Assembly: GCA_040382215.1 (NCBI GenBank)
Contig: JBEIFW010000001.1
Coordinates: forward strand, 1 to 62,351
DNA: 62,351 bases
Source: Acidimicrobiales bacterium
GTDB lineage: Bacteria > Actinomycetota > Acidimicrobiia > Acidimicrobiales > Ilumatobacteraceae
Direction: 5' to 3'
The notes under the pieces were generated by a model that was given only the letters and a program-made list of their open reading frames with translations, was not told the origin of the DNA and did no database searches. Shown in pieces: positions 1 through 10,622 of this stretch (its first letter is position 1; each line of letters opens with the position of its first letter). Position numbers and translations under genes: made by a program.

Positions 1-69
1 CGTCAGCCGACAGCCGGCCATCAGCGCAATGAGGACGACCAGTCCGAGCGCGCCGCGTAGCAGCGCCAT
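1..69 (-). CDS. partial CDS, N-terminus of a putative lipoprotein (continues past left edge)
   Basis: Reverse-strand ATG at 69-67 reads MALLRGALGLVVLIALMAGCRLT: a hydrophobic signal peptide ending in a lipobox-like MAGC. It lies 27 nt downstream of the clpC stop. Only 23 codons are visible. Confidence 0.35.
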   Translation of the reverse strand, partial: MALLRGALGLVVLIALMAGCRLT

Positions 70-96
70 CGCGCCGGACCGACTCCCCAGCGGCGA

Positions 97-2646
<2,550 letters not shown>

Positions 2647-2805
2647 AGCGACCGCCTTTGCCTGGGACGGCGTGGGGGTAATGCCAAGGAGTGTACCGGC
2701 GCCCCCTGGTGCCCCCTACGTCGGGAACCTCTACCGACGGACCGGCCGTGCTGTGACCGAAGCGTCGGTTCCTAGGGTCGGACGATGGTGCCGTAGCTTG
2801 AGGGA

Positions 2806-3804
2806 GTGGCCGCGGCCAATCCCCTCCTCGGGCTGTCGTCGATGGCCGTCGACCTCGGGCGGGTCGAGCGTGCGCTCGTTGCCTCGGTCCACACGGGGGA
2901 CGAGCAGCTCAACGAGATGGCGTCGCACCTGCTGGCCGCCGGCGGCAAGCGCCTTCGCCCGCTCATGGCCGTCGCCGCAGCGCTCACCGGCCGCCCCGCT
3001 GCGAGCGACGAGGTGGTCACGGGCGGCGTGGCCTGCGAGCTCGTGCACATCGGATCGCTCTACCACGACGACGTGATGGATGAAGCCGAACTGCGGCGTG
3101 GCGTCCCCAGCGTGAACGCCCGATGGGGTAACCATCGTGCGATCCTGGCGGGCGATTTTCTTCTCGCCCGGGCCTCGGAGTTGGCCGCTTCGCTCGGCGC
3201 CGAGGTGGCCGGCCTGCTCGGCGCCACGATCGGCCGTCTGGTCGAGGGACAGATCGGGGAGCTGCGCACGCAGTACGACCCGTCACGTTCGGTCGAGGCC
3301 TACCTGCACTCGATCGGCGGCAAGACGGCATCGTTGTTCGCCACCTCTGCCCGCATCGGCGCGCTCGTGGCCGGGCTCGACCGCCGTGCGGTGAACGCGC
3401 TCACCGCCTACGGCGATGCCTACGGCACCGTGTTCCAGATCATCGACGACGTGCTCGACATCACGGCGACCGACGAGCAACTGGGCAAGCCCGCCGGGCA
3501 TGACCTCGTCGAGGGCGTGTACACCCTTCCGGTCATCCTGACGCTCTGCGCCGGCGGGACACCGGCTGCGGAACTCCGCGACCTCCTCGGTGGACCGCTC
3601 GACGCGCCCGCCCTCGACAAGGCGCTGGCGATCGTGCGGTCCGGCGGTGGCGTCGACGCAGCGCTCGAAGAAGCGGCCCGCTGGGCGGACCGAGCCGGCG
3701 CTGCCCTCGCTGAACTGGCTCCGTCGGACGCCGGCACGGCGCTGGCCGGAGCCGCCCGCCACCTGCTCGACGCCACCGGCGTTCAGCGGGCGAAGGCTCG
3801 ATAG
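2806..3804 (+). CDS. trans-polyprenyl diphosphate synthase (GGPP/heptaprenyl synthase family)
   Basis: 332 aa with both Asp-rich motifs (LYHDDVMDEAELRRG and FQIIDDVLD). GTG start at 2806; an alternative ATG lies at 2842. Confidence 0.9.
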   Translation: MAAANPLLGLSSMAVDLGRVERALVASVHTGDEQLNEMASHLLAAGGKRLRPLMAVAAALTGRPAASDEVVTGGVACELVHIGSLYHDDVMDEAELRRGVPSVNARWGNHRAILAGDFLLARASELAASLGAEVAGLLGATIGRLVEGQIGELRTQYDPSRSVEAYLHSIGGKTASLFATSARIGALVAGLDRRAVNALTAYGDAYGTVFQIIDDVLDITATDEQLGKPAGHDLVEGVYTLPVILTLCAGGTPAAELRDLLGGPLDAPALDKALAIVRSGGGVDAALEEAARWADRAGAALAELAPSDAGTALAGAARHLLDATGVQRAKAR

Positions 3805-4235
3805 GCATCCCAGCGGGGATCCCGCCGGACCCGACACCCCACGCGGTGCGTGGTCCATCGTGCGGCAACCTGCTCCTCGAACGCCTTCACCCAGTCATCC
3901 GCGGGTGCGTAGAACACGTACTCCCGCAATCCGGCGGCCGTCACGACAAGCGTCATCACGGCACGCTCGTGGCAGAGCGGCACGAGCACCTCGTCCTCGA
4001 AGCGCGCAAGTGATGCCAGTTCGGACTCGCTCGGGCGCCCTTCGAGGTCCACGTCGTTCATGGGCACCGTGAGATGGATCTGAAATGGGAAGCTCGGGTG
4101 ACCGATCGAGCGGCGAATGTCGGTGCGATACGACACCGTCATCGGCGAACCGTTGTGGGTGCCGATCGTCTCGGCCCAGCGCCCACCACGCGACTGGCGA
4201 GGATCGAGCGGCTCTGACCGGCGGAACAAACCCAC
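3783..4235 (-). CDS. hypothetical protein, DUF695-like
   Basis: 150-aa ORF convergent with the polyprenyl synthase gene and overlapping it by 22 nt. The pattern P..E...L..FED.L...L......TLV..T..GLREYVFY resembles the DUF695 family. The start could instead be the internal MTVSYRT. Confidence 0.5.
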   Translation of the reverse strand: MGLFRRSEPLDPRQSRGGRWAETIGTHNGSPMTVSYRTDIRRSIGHPSFPFQIHLTVPMNDVDLEGRPSESELASLARFEDEVLVPLCHERAVMTLVVTAAGLREYVFYAPADDWVKAFEEQVAARWTTHRVGCRVRRDPRWDAYRAFAR

Positions 4236-4281
4236 GGCGGCCCAGCGTACGGGAGCCGGGCCGGCTGCGACTCACCCCGGC

Positions 4282-5256
4282 TCAGACCAAGACGGCGGCG
4301 GCCGCAGCAAGGCCCGAGCAGTACGCGCCTTCGATGCGAGGTCCGGCGAAGGCATCCCCGGCGAAGACCAGCGGCGCGCTCGAGTCCGCCCGCCAGACCG
4401 GGTCAGGCCAGGTCGTTCGCGGCGTGGCGAACCGCCACCGCTTCACCTGGACGGCGAGCACCGCCGAACCGCCCACGTACGGCGCTGCCGCCGCTCGGAG
4501 CGCTGACTCGAGCTCGACGGGGTCGTCGTCCCAATGGGCGAACGACCAGTCCGGATTCGCATGGAGCGTGAGCGCCGACACGCTCGAGACACCCTTGGCC
4601 CGGTTGTCCCCGACGAACGAGAACACCTCGTCAGGATGCTGGAGGCCGCCTGGGGCGGCGACGGCCGACGGACCGCCGAGCACGGCGAGCAAGGCCAGGG
4701 TCCGGTCGTACTCGATGCTCCAGAGCGCCTGCGGGACGTCGACCCCGGCCGTGACGCACAGCGACATCGTCTGCGGGATCGGACAGGTGAGCACGACGGC
4801 ATCGGCGGCGATCGCCGAGCCGTCGTCGATCGCAACGCTCCATCCGCCCGACGAACCGGGGTGGACGCCGAAGGCCAGGTGCCCGCAGCGGACGTCGAGC
4901 CCGATCGCCAAGTGTTTGGCCAACGCGTTCATGCCCCCGCGCACGACGTATCGGGGATGACCGTCGTCGGCGCCGAAGCCGTTGCACCAGGTGCTCACCA
5001 AGCCGAGCGACACGAGTGAGGCGACCTCGGCGGCGAAGACCTCGCTGCGGACCGTGAAGAACTGTGCACCGTGATCGAGCACGGCGCCTTGGAGCCGTCT
5101 GGTGGCGAGGCGCCCGCCCGGTGACCGGCCCTTGTCCAGCACCGTCACCTCGTGTCCGGACGCAGCGAGCGACCGAGCACACGCCAGGCCCGACAGGCCC
5201 GCTCCGACGACCACGACACGCACGGGCGAACGATCGCACAACCCGACCTCGGTCAC
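4282..5256 (-). CDS. NAD(P)/FAD-dependent oxidoreductase (amine-oxidase/renalase-like)
   Basis: 324 aa with an N-terminal dinucleotide fold (VRVVVVGAGLSGLACARSLAASGHEVTVLDKGRSPGGR). GTG start at 5256. Confidence 0.8.
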   Translation of the reverse strand: MTEVGLCDRSPVRVVVVGAGLSGLACARSLAASGHEVTVLDKGRSPGGRLATRRLQGAVLDHGAQFFTVRSEVFAAEVASLVSLGLVSTWCNGFGADDGHPRYVVRGGMNALAKHLAIGLDVRCGHLAFGVHPGSSGGWSVAIDDGSAIAADAVVLTCPIPQTMSLCVTAGVDVPQALWSIEYDRTLALLAVLGGPSAVAAPGGLQHPDEVFSFVGDNRAKGVSSVSALTLHANPDWSFAHWDDDPVELESALRAAAAPYVGGSAVLAVQVKRWRFATPRTTWPDPVWRADSSAPLVFAGDAFAGPRIEGAYCSGLAAAAAVLV

Positions 5257-5355
5257 CCCAACGGAACAGCGTCATCGTCAGGACTGTCACAAGTCCTGAC
5301 GGGACGGGATCTCGGTTGCTCAAGCGACCGGGGGTGCTGAACCGATCGGGAACAC

Positions 5356-7035
5356 ATGGGACACGAATCGAAGGCGCCCGGGCCCCGGCACCGCACCGCC
5401 CAGCGCGTCCTCGCCCGACTGCTCGCCGTCGTAAGCGCGGTCGCCGTCCTGCTCGCGCTCGCGCCGACGTCGTCGTCGGCCTCCTCACCCGACGGTCCGG
5501 CGATCAAGGCCTTCCCCACCGGTCGCCCCTGCTGGTACGCCGACACCTGGCAGGCGCCACGCGGCGTCGGCGCCGACGGCAAACCTCGCTTCCACGAGGG
5601 TGTCGACGTGATCGCCGCAACCGGTACGCCCCTGTTCGCCGTGGACGACGGGCGAATCACGCGGCTGAACAGCTCGACGCGCGGCGGAATCCAGCTCTAC
5701 CTCACCCGGGACGACGGGACGTACTACTTCTACGGACACCTGTCCCGGTACGCCGACGGGATCGCCGTCGGCCAGCGGGTGACCGCCGGACAGCTCATCG
5801 GCTTCGTCGGCCAGACCGGCGACGCCGTGCAGTCGGTGCCGCACCTGCACTTCGAGATCCACCCGGGAGGCGGGGCCGCAGTCAATCCCTTCGCCGCAGT
5901 CAAAGCCGTCGACGGCTGCGGTACACCGACCCCGGGTCGCCCACCCACCGACCCCTTGGGCACGACCCCGGCAGGCGGCAGCGGATTCGGCGGGCTGTCC
6001 CCGCTCGTGCCGAACCGATTCGCCGACACCCGGGAGGCACTCGGGCTCACCCGGTTCTCCGCCGGCACACAGAACTGGCTCACCGTCGCCGGGCGCGGCG
6101 GCGTGCCCGCCGACGCCACCGCCGTCACGGCAACCGTCACCGTGACGAATCCGGCCGCCGCTGGCTTCGTCACCGTGTACCCGTGCGGCTCCGGCGCACC
6201 GGAGACCTCCACGGTGAACTTCGTCGCCGGGCAGACCGTCGCCAACTCCGCCGTCGTCGGCCTCGGCACGTCCGGGCGGCTCTGCTTCGTGTCGTCGGCC
6301 GCAACCGACGTGCTCCTCGACGTCACCGGATTCCGGGGGCCGAGCGGACGCCTCGGGTATCAGCCGGCCACTCCGACGCGGCTCCTGGACACCCGCACCA
6401 CCAAGGGCCGGCTCGACCCCGGTGAGGAGATCGCCGTGAGCGTCCCCGGCTCCGGTATCCAGGCCGCAACGGTGAACGTCACCGCTGTCGACGCCGGTGG
6501 CCCCGGGTTCTTCACCGTGTACCCCTGCGGCGCCGGACGCCCGAATGCCTCGACGTTGAACATGCAGGCAGGCAGCACCGTGGCGGCCGGCACCACGGTC
6601 GGACTCGGCGGTGGACGCCTGTGCGTCTACTCCTCGGCCGCCGCCGACGTGATCGTCGACCTGCTCGGAACCTGGCAGACCGGCGCCGGCCTGCGCCCAG
6701 CCGCCGTCAACCCCGACCGGATCCTCGACACCCGCGACGAACGGGTCATGATCGCCGGGAACACGGTCCGCCGCATCCCGATCGCCGGCGGCGGTGCGGT
6801 TCCGACCGACGCCCGCGCCGTCGTGGTCAACCTCACGGCGGTCGGTGCCGACGGGCCCGGATTCGTCACCGCCTTCCCGTGCGGAGGTGCCGTGCCGCCG
6901 ACCTCGACGCTCAACTACGCCGGGCCGGCCCCACGGGCCAACAGTGCCGTCATCGGCTTGGGCGGCGGCGCGCTGTGCGCGTTGTCGAACCGCTCCGTGC
7001 ACCTGATCGTGGACGTCACCGGCTATCTGCGCTGA
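5356..7035 (+). CDS. secreted M23 (LytM-type) metallopeptidase with three C-terminal ~110-aa repeat modules
   Basis: Signal peptide (RLLAVVSAVAVLLALAPTSSSASS). M23 motifs are HEGVDV and PHLHFEIHP. Three related modules follow, each containing (R)LLDTR ... GF(V/F)T(V/A)(Y/F)PCG ... ST(V/L)N ... LC ... D(V/L).G. Confidence 0.85.
   Translation: MGHESKAPGPRHRTAQRVLARLLAVVSAVAVLLALAPTSSSASSPDGPAIKAFPTGRPCWYADTWQAPRGVGADGKPRFHEGVDVIAATGTPLFAVDDGRITRLNSSTRGGIQLYLTRDDGTYYFYGHLSRYADGIAVGQRVTAGQLIGFVGQTGDAVQSVPHLHFEIHPGGGAAVNPFAAVKAVDGCGTPTPGRPPTDPLGTTPAGGSGFGGLSPLVPNRFADTREALGLTRFSAGTQNWLTVAGRGGVPADATAVTATVTVTNPAAAGFVTVYPCGSGAPETSTVNFVAGQTVANSAVVGLGTSGRLCFVSSAATDVLLDVTGFRGPSGRLGYQPATPTRLLDTRTTKGRLDPGEEIAVSVPGSGIQAATVNVTAVDAGGPGFFTVYPCGAGRPNASTLNMQAGSTVAAGTTVGLGGGRLCVYSSAAADVIVDLLGTWQTGAGLRPAAVNPDRILDTRDERVMIAGNTVRRIPIAGGGAVPTDARAVVVNLTAVGADGPGFVTAFPCGGAVPPTSTLNYAGPAPRANSAVIGLGGGALCALSNRSVHLIVDVTGYLR
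5998..7032 (+). repeat. three tandem protein-level repeat modules inside the M23 peptidase gene (approx 5998-6345, 6346-6690, 6691-7032)
   Basis: The translations align module to module: FVTVYPCGSGAPETSTVNF / FFTVYPCGAGRPNASTLNM / FVTAFPCGGAVPPTSTLNY, and GRLCFVSSAATDVLLDVTG / GRLCVYSSAAADVIVDLLG / GALCALSNRSVHLIVDVTG. Each module has two conserved Cys. Confidence 0.8.
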
Positions 7036-7513
7036 GCGAGTCCAGCGGGCCCACCGTCCACACCCCGAGGTGGTCGAAGCCGTCCTGCCAGTCCGGATCC
7101 ACAAGGTCGGGCGCGACGTCGGCGAGCGGGGCCAGCACGAACGGCCGCTCGAACATCCGAGGGTGCGGCACCTCGAGCGTGTCGGTCGTGACGGTCTCGC
7201 CGTCGATCCACAGCACGTCGACGTCGAGCGTCCTCGGCCCCCAGCGCACCACGCGCACCCGTCCTGCCGCGCGTTCGAGGGCCTGCGCGCGTTCGAGCCA
7301 TTCCAACGCCGACGCATCGCTCTGCACGGCCACGACCATGTTCAGGTACGGACCCTGATCGTCGGGCCCACCGACCGGGTCGGTCTCGTAGACCGATGAG
7401 CAGACCACGGTGTCCCCTGCTGCGACGAGCGCGTCCACCGCCGACCGTAGGAAACCGACCCGGTCGCCGAGGTTGGACCCGAGCGCGAGCAGCACCCGGC
7501 GGGCCTCGGTCAC
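7016..7513 (-). CDS. folK: 2-amino-4-hydroxy-6-hydroxymethyldihydropteridine diphosphokinase (HPPK)
   Basis: 165 aa. MTEARRVLLALGSNLGDR ... LDVDVL ... HPRMFERPFVLAPLADV is typical of HPPK. It overlaps the folB stop by 4 nt. Confidence 0.9.
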   Translation of the reverse strand: MTEARRVLLALGSNLGDRVGFLRSAVDALVAAGDTVVCSSVYETDPVGGPDDQGPYLNMVVAVQSDASALEWLERAQALERAAGRVRVVRWGPRTLDVDVLWIDGETVTTDTLEVPHPRMFERPFVLAPLADVAPDLVDPDWQDGFDHLGVWTVGPLDSLSADSR

Positions 7514-7869
7514 CGCGTGCGCCGGATCGTGACCGCCGAGGTGGCCACGTCATTCGGGAGCGGCGGGCGCAGCTTGCGGATCGTCACCCGCACGCCGAGC
7601 ACGCCACTTGCCCTCAGCAGCTCCTCGGCGATCCGTTGCGCTACCCGCTCGAGCAGTAGGTGGCGCTCCTCGCGCACTACCCGCTCGGCCGCAGCGGTCA
7701 ACGCGCCGTAGTCGATCGTGTCATCGAGTTCGTCCGAGCGTCCGGCCGCCGACAAGTCGGCCTCCACGTCGAAATCGACTTCGAACGGCTGGGCCCGCTC
7801 ACGTTCCTCGGGAAGGACTCCGATGGTGCCAAGGACGCGCAAGCCCCGGATCTCGATCAGGTCGGTCAT
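7510..7869 (-). CDS. folB: dihydroneopterin aldolase
   Basis: 119 aa. IEIRGLRVLGTIGVLPEERERAQPFEVDFDVEADL ... DDTIDYG ... LLERVAQRIAEELL is the FolB pattern. Confidence 0.9.
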   Translation of the reverse strand: MTDLIEIRGLRVLGTIGVLPEERERAQPFEVDFDVEADLSAAGRSDELDDTIDYGALTAAAERVVREERHLLLERVAQRIAEELLRASGVLGVRVTIRKLRPPLPNDVATSAVTIRRTR

Positions 7870-7878
7870 GGACGGACG

Positions 7879-8400
7879 TTAGCGACCAGGGCCGGGCAGT
7901 TGCCCCGCGAGTGCCACGAGGCCACGGCCGAACGGGTCGAGCTGACGGCTCGTCAGGCGCTCGGTGATGGCGATCGCCTGCGGGTCGTGGGGCACGAGAC
8001 CTGACCACCGGATGTACCCGCCGACGAGGCCGGCCACCCGGTCGGACAATTCCTCGCCGTGCAGCACGACCTTGCCGCCGGCGCGCAAGCGACCGTGCAG
8101 GTCGGGGTAGAAGCGACCGATCAGCTCCGAAGAATCGTCGTTCGGCCCGAACGGCAGGTGCAGGTACCCCACGCCGAGTTCGTCGTAGTTGTGCAGGTTG
8201 TGCGGCGACGGGATGATCGACACGACACAGGTGAAACCCTGCTCGCGCAACCAGATGATCTCCTCCTGACGCCGGACCCGCCGATGGTTCGCCCCGAAGC
8301 CACCGGGTCGCTCGCACACGGCGAGCCGATCCTTGATCACCCAGGCGAAGTTGCGCGGCCGAATCCCCTGCGCCCACTTTCCCTTGGCCCGCGTCGTCAT
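7879..8400 (-). CDS. PTP/dual-specificity-phosphatase-fold protein with HGX5R instead of HCX5R (putative pseudo- or atypical phosphatase)
   Basis: The 173-aa reading starts at ATG 8400, which overlaps the folP stop as ATGA. NFAWVIKDRLAVCERPG ... VVLHGEELSDRVAGLVGGYI matches the layout of small DUSP23-like phosphatases. The P-loop Arg is kept, but the nucleophile position is Gly (codon GGC, 8058-8056). The longer 337-aa ORF in the track is an out-of-gene extension. Confidence 0.65.
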   Translation of the reverse strand: MTTRAKGKWAQGIRPRNFAWVIKDRLAVCERPGGFGANHRRVRRQEEIIWLREQGFTCVVSIIPSPHNLHNYDELGVGYLHLPFGPNDDSSELIGRFYPDLHGRLRAGGKVVLHGEELSDRVAGLVGGYIRWSGLVPHDPQAIAITERLTSRQLDPFGRGLVALAGQLPGPGR

Positions 8401-9206
8401 TGCGTGCCCACCAGTGCGCACGCGTGCACGGTGGCCCGCACATCGTGGACACGCACCATCCGAACCCCCTGGATCACCGCCCACGTCGCCACCCCGAGCG
8501 ACCCCTCGATCCGGTCCTCGACCGGGACCGGATCCGTGCTGTCGGTGGGGATGGGGCCGAGGCCGGGCAACGCCGAGCCATGCGCATCGGAGGCGGCGAT
8601 CAGCCGCCCGACGAAACCTTTGCGCGAGGCGCCGAGGCAGACCGGCAACCCGGTGGCGACGAACTCGTCGAGGCGTGCGACCAGGGCCAGGTTGTGCGCA
8701 AGCGTCTTTCCGAACCCGAGACCGGGGTCGATCCACACCTCGTCGACTCCGCCGTCGAGGGCCGCGTGGGCCCGCTCGAGCAGGAACGCTCGGACCTCCG
8801 CCACGACGTCGGCATACGTCGGGGCGTCCTGCATCGTGCGAGGGTCGCCTTGGAGGTGCGTGGCCACCCACGCAACGCCGGCTTCGGCACACACCGGCCA
8901 GAGCGTGGCCCCGACGTCGTTGACCATCGTCGCTCCCGCCGAGATCGCCGCCTCTGCGGTGGACCGGTGGCGCGTATCGACCGAAACCCGTCCTCGGCGC
9001 GACAGTTCCGCGATCACCGGCAGCACCCGTTCCTGCTCGACACCCAGGTCGACCGGCATCGAGCCGGGTCGAGTGGACTCACCGCCGACATCGACGACAT
9101 CGGCCCCCTCGGCGAACAGTCTCAGGCCGTGCTCGATCGCCGCAGCGTGATCGAGGAACCGCCCCCCGTCCGAGAAGGAGTCGGGGGTGACGTTCAGGAC
9201 CCCCAT
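8397..9206 (-). CDS. folP: dihydropteroate synthase
   Basis: MGVLNVTPDSFSDGGRF ... VDVGGESTRPG ... VSVDT ... MVNDV ... GLGFGK ... LGASRKGF. ATG at 9206, with an alternative GTG at 9221. The 554-aa track ORF is an artefactual upstream extension. Confidence 0.92.
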   Translation of the reverse strand: MGVLNVTPDSFSDGGRFLDHAAAIEHGLRLFAEGADVVDVGGESTRPGSMPVDLGVEQERVLPVIAELSRRGRVSVDTRHRSTAEAAISAGATMVNDVGATLWPVCAEAGVAWVATHLQGDPRTMQDAPTYADVVAEVRAFLLERAHAALDGGVDEVWIDPGLGFGKTLAHNLALVARLDEFVATGLPVCLGASRKGFVGRLIAASDAHGSALPGLGPIPTDSTDPVPVEDRIEGSLGVATWAVIQGVRMVRVHDVRATVHACALVGTQ

Positions 9207-9232
9207 TACCTGCGCCGGCACGGAAGGTGATC

Positions 9233-9715
9233 CTAGGCGATGGGTTCCTGCAGCAACCGGAGGGCCCCGTCGGGATCCGGCTGGATGCCGGGCGTGTCCC
9301 GGCAGAACTCGACCATGATCCCGTTGGGGTCGAGGTAGTAGAGCGAGTGGCACCACCCGTGGTCGATCTCCATCAGCGGCTTCACCCCGGCGGCATCCAT
9401 CCGGGCCTTGACCTGCTCCTGCCGCTCTGCGTCGGCGTCGAAGGCGATGTGGTTCACCCACACCGGCAGGCCGTTGCCCGTCGACACCTCCGAGGACCAG
9501 GAGGGTTGCTCGCCGATGCCTTCGAACGCGAAGAACGCGATGCAGGTGGCATCGCCGACGTCGTAGAAGACGTGCTTCATCCAGCCCCCGGTGGGAAACC
9601 GCTGCACCTCGGTGTGCACCAGCGGCATCCCCATGAGTTCCGTGTAGAAGCGGTTGGTGGCGTCGAGGTCGCGACACGCATACGCGACGTGGTGCATCCC
9701 GAAGCGGGTGGACAT
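9233..9715 (-). CDS. VOC (glyoxalase/bleomycin resistance/dioxygenase) family protein
   Basis: 160 aa. MHHVAYACRDLDATNRFYTELMGMPLVH ... VNHIAFDAD ... HSLYYLDPNGIMVEF is the paired beta-alpha-beta-beta-beta VOC signature. Confidence 0.85.
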   Translation of the reverse strand: MSTRFGMHHVAYACRDLDATNRFYTELMGMPLVHTEVQRFPTGGWMKHVFYDVGDATCIAFFAFEGIGEQPSWSSEVSTGNGLPVWVNHIAFDADAERQEQVKARMDAAGVKPLMEIDHGWCHSLYYLDPNGIMVEFCRDTPGIQPDPDGALRLLQEPIA

Positions 9716-9754
9716 GGCCGCACCCTACCGGCCCGCGTCTGCGCGTCGGCCCGT

Positions 9755-10528
9755 TCAGCGGGCGGTGAAGACGGCGGCCTGCTGCACGTTGAGCGAGACC
9801 TCGAGCCCGAATCGGTAGCGCATCACCGGTGAGCAACCGGCCTGGACCTCCGGGCGCAACGCAGCGCTGAAGTTCCACTGCGGGCGAACGAACGGCTTGG
9901 TGCAGTAGGCGAACACCAGCGCCCGGTCCTCGTCGGCGGTGACGTTGGCGCCGGACGTGTGCCACACGCGGCCCTCCATCGCCACGATCGCGCCCGCCGG
10001 CGCCTCGAAGGGCACGAGGCGGTCCTGGACGTCGGCCGGGACCTCGGAGCGCGACGCCCATCGGTTGCTGCCGGGGACGTACCGGGTGGCCCCGTTTGCC
10101 GGGTGCACGTCATCGAGGCACCAGATGCAGTTGAGCGACCAGGGCGTCGACCACGGTTCGGGCGCCACGAGCGCTTGGTCGGAGTGGACGAACATCGAAC
10201 CCGACCCGGGTCGGGCAATGTTGGCGGTGAGGTTGCTGACGATCCAGTCCGCCCCGAGGAAACCCGAGGTGAGCGCTTCGGCCACGGGGTGCTCGAAGAG
10301 CCGGGCGAACCAGGGATCGAGTTCGACGAGGTCGAACACCCGCACGTTGGCGGCGTTGGGGTCGAGGCCGGCGTGGTGGGTGGGAACCCCACGCCGCACG
10401 CTCTCGGCGCTCGCCGCCCACAGCCGGCCACGGGCCTCGGCCACGTCGTCGGGCGACAACACGCCGGGCACGACGGCGACGCCCTCTCGCCGCAGCGTGT
10501 CGAGCGCCTCCTCGACCGACCTCGTCAT
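9755..10528 (-). CDS. phytanoyl-CoA dioxygenase (PhyH) family Fe(II)/2-oxoglutarate oxygenase
   Basis: MTRSVEEALDTLRREGVAVVPGVL ... MFVHSDQ ... ANGATRYVPGS ... VWHTSGAN. ATG at 10528 is preceded by AAGGGGGAA. The track ORF start at 10555 is less likely. Confidence 0.8.
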   Translation of the reverse strand: MTRSVEEALDTLRREGVAVVPGVLSPDDVAEARGRLWAASAESVRRGVPTHHAGLDPNAANVRVFDLVELDPWFARLFEHPVAEALTSGFLGADWIVSNLTANIARPGSGSMFVHSDQALVAPEPWSTPWSLNCIWCLDDVHPANGATRYVPGSNRWASRSEVPADVQDRLVPFEAPAGAIVAMEGRVWHTSGANVTADEDRALVFAYCTKPFVRPQWNFSAALRPEVQAGCSPVMRYRFGLEVSLNVQQAAVFTAR

Positions 10529-10563
10529 GGGTTCCCCCTTCGCTGGCGACGCCACGGGCTGCT

Positions 10564-10582
10564 GCGCCGTAACCTACGGCGC
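10564..10582. promoter_or_regulatory. perfect 19-bp palindrome GCGCCGTA-ACC-TACGGCGC in the divergent PhyH / nitronate monooxygenase intergenic region (candidate operator)
   Basis: Read directly: 8-bp perfect arms with a 3-bp centre. It lies 36 nt from the PhyH start and 41 nt from the NMO start. Confidence 0.4.
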
Positions 10583-10622
10583 CGAGGACGTGCCGGGGGG
10601 CACCGGCTCGAGGGGGAGCGAG

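Noticed and set aside
2647-2805. ClgR-type operator or a defined promoter for clpC in the divergent clpC / polyprenyl synthase region.
   Set aside because: A TACACT -10-like hexamer exists on the clpC strand. I found no convincing -35 and no CGC-N5-GCG-type ClgR operator, so the support is insufficient to annotate.
5257-5355. Possible cyclic-di-AMP (ydaO-type) riboswitch upstream of the M23 wall hydrolase gene.
   Set aside because: Such riboswitches precede wall hydrolases in Actinobacteria. However, the leader here is at most about 100 nt, and I cannot recognise the pseudo-two-fold ydaO consensus in it. Only a simple 10-bp palindrome is evident. A covariance-model scan would be needed.
8397-10061. 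Long N-terminal extensions of track ORFs: folP 554 aa, 7879-8892, 9939-11777, 16696-17466, 20281-21876, 21267-22469, 36823-38568, 31147-31662, 35916-36884, 49057-49407.
   Set aside because: The extensions overlap the neighbouring real genes in other frames and have junk-like composition. Internal starts with an RBS or with ATGA/TGATG coupling to the upstream stop give proteins of normal family length.
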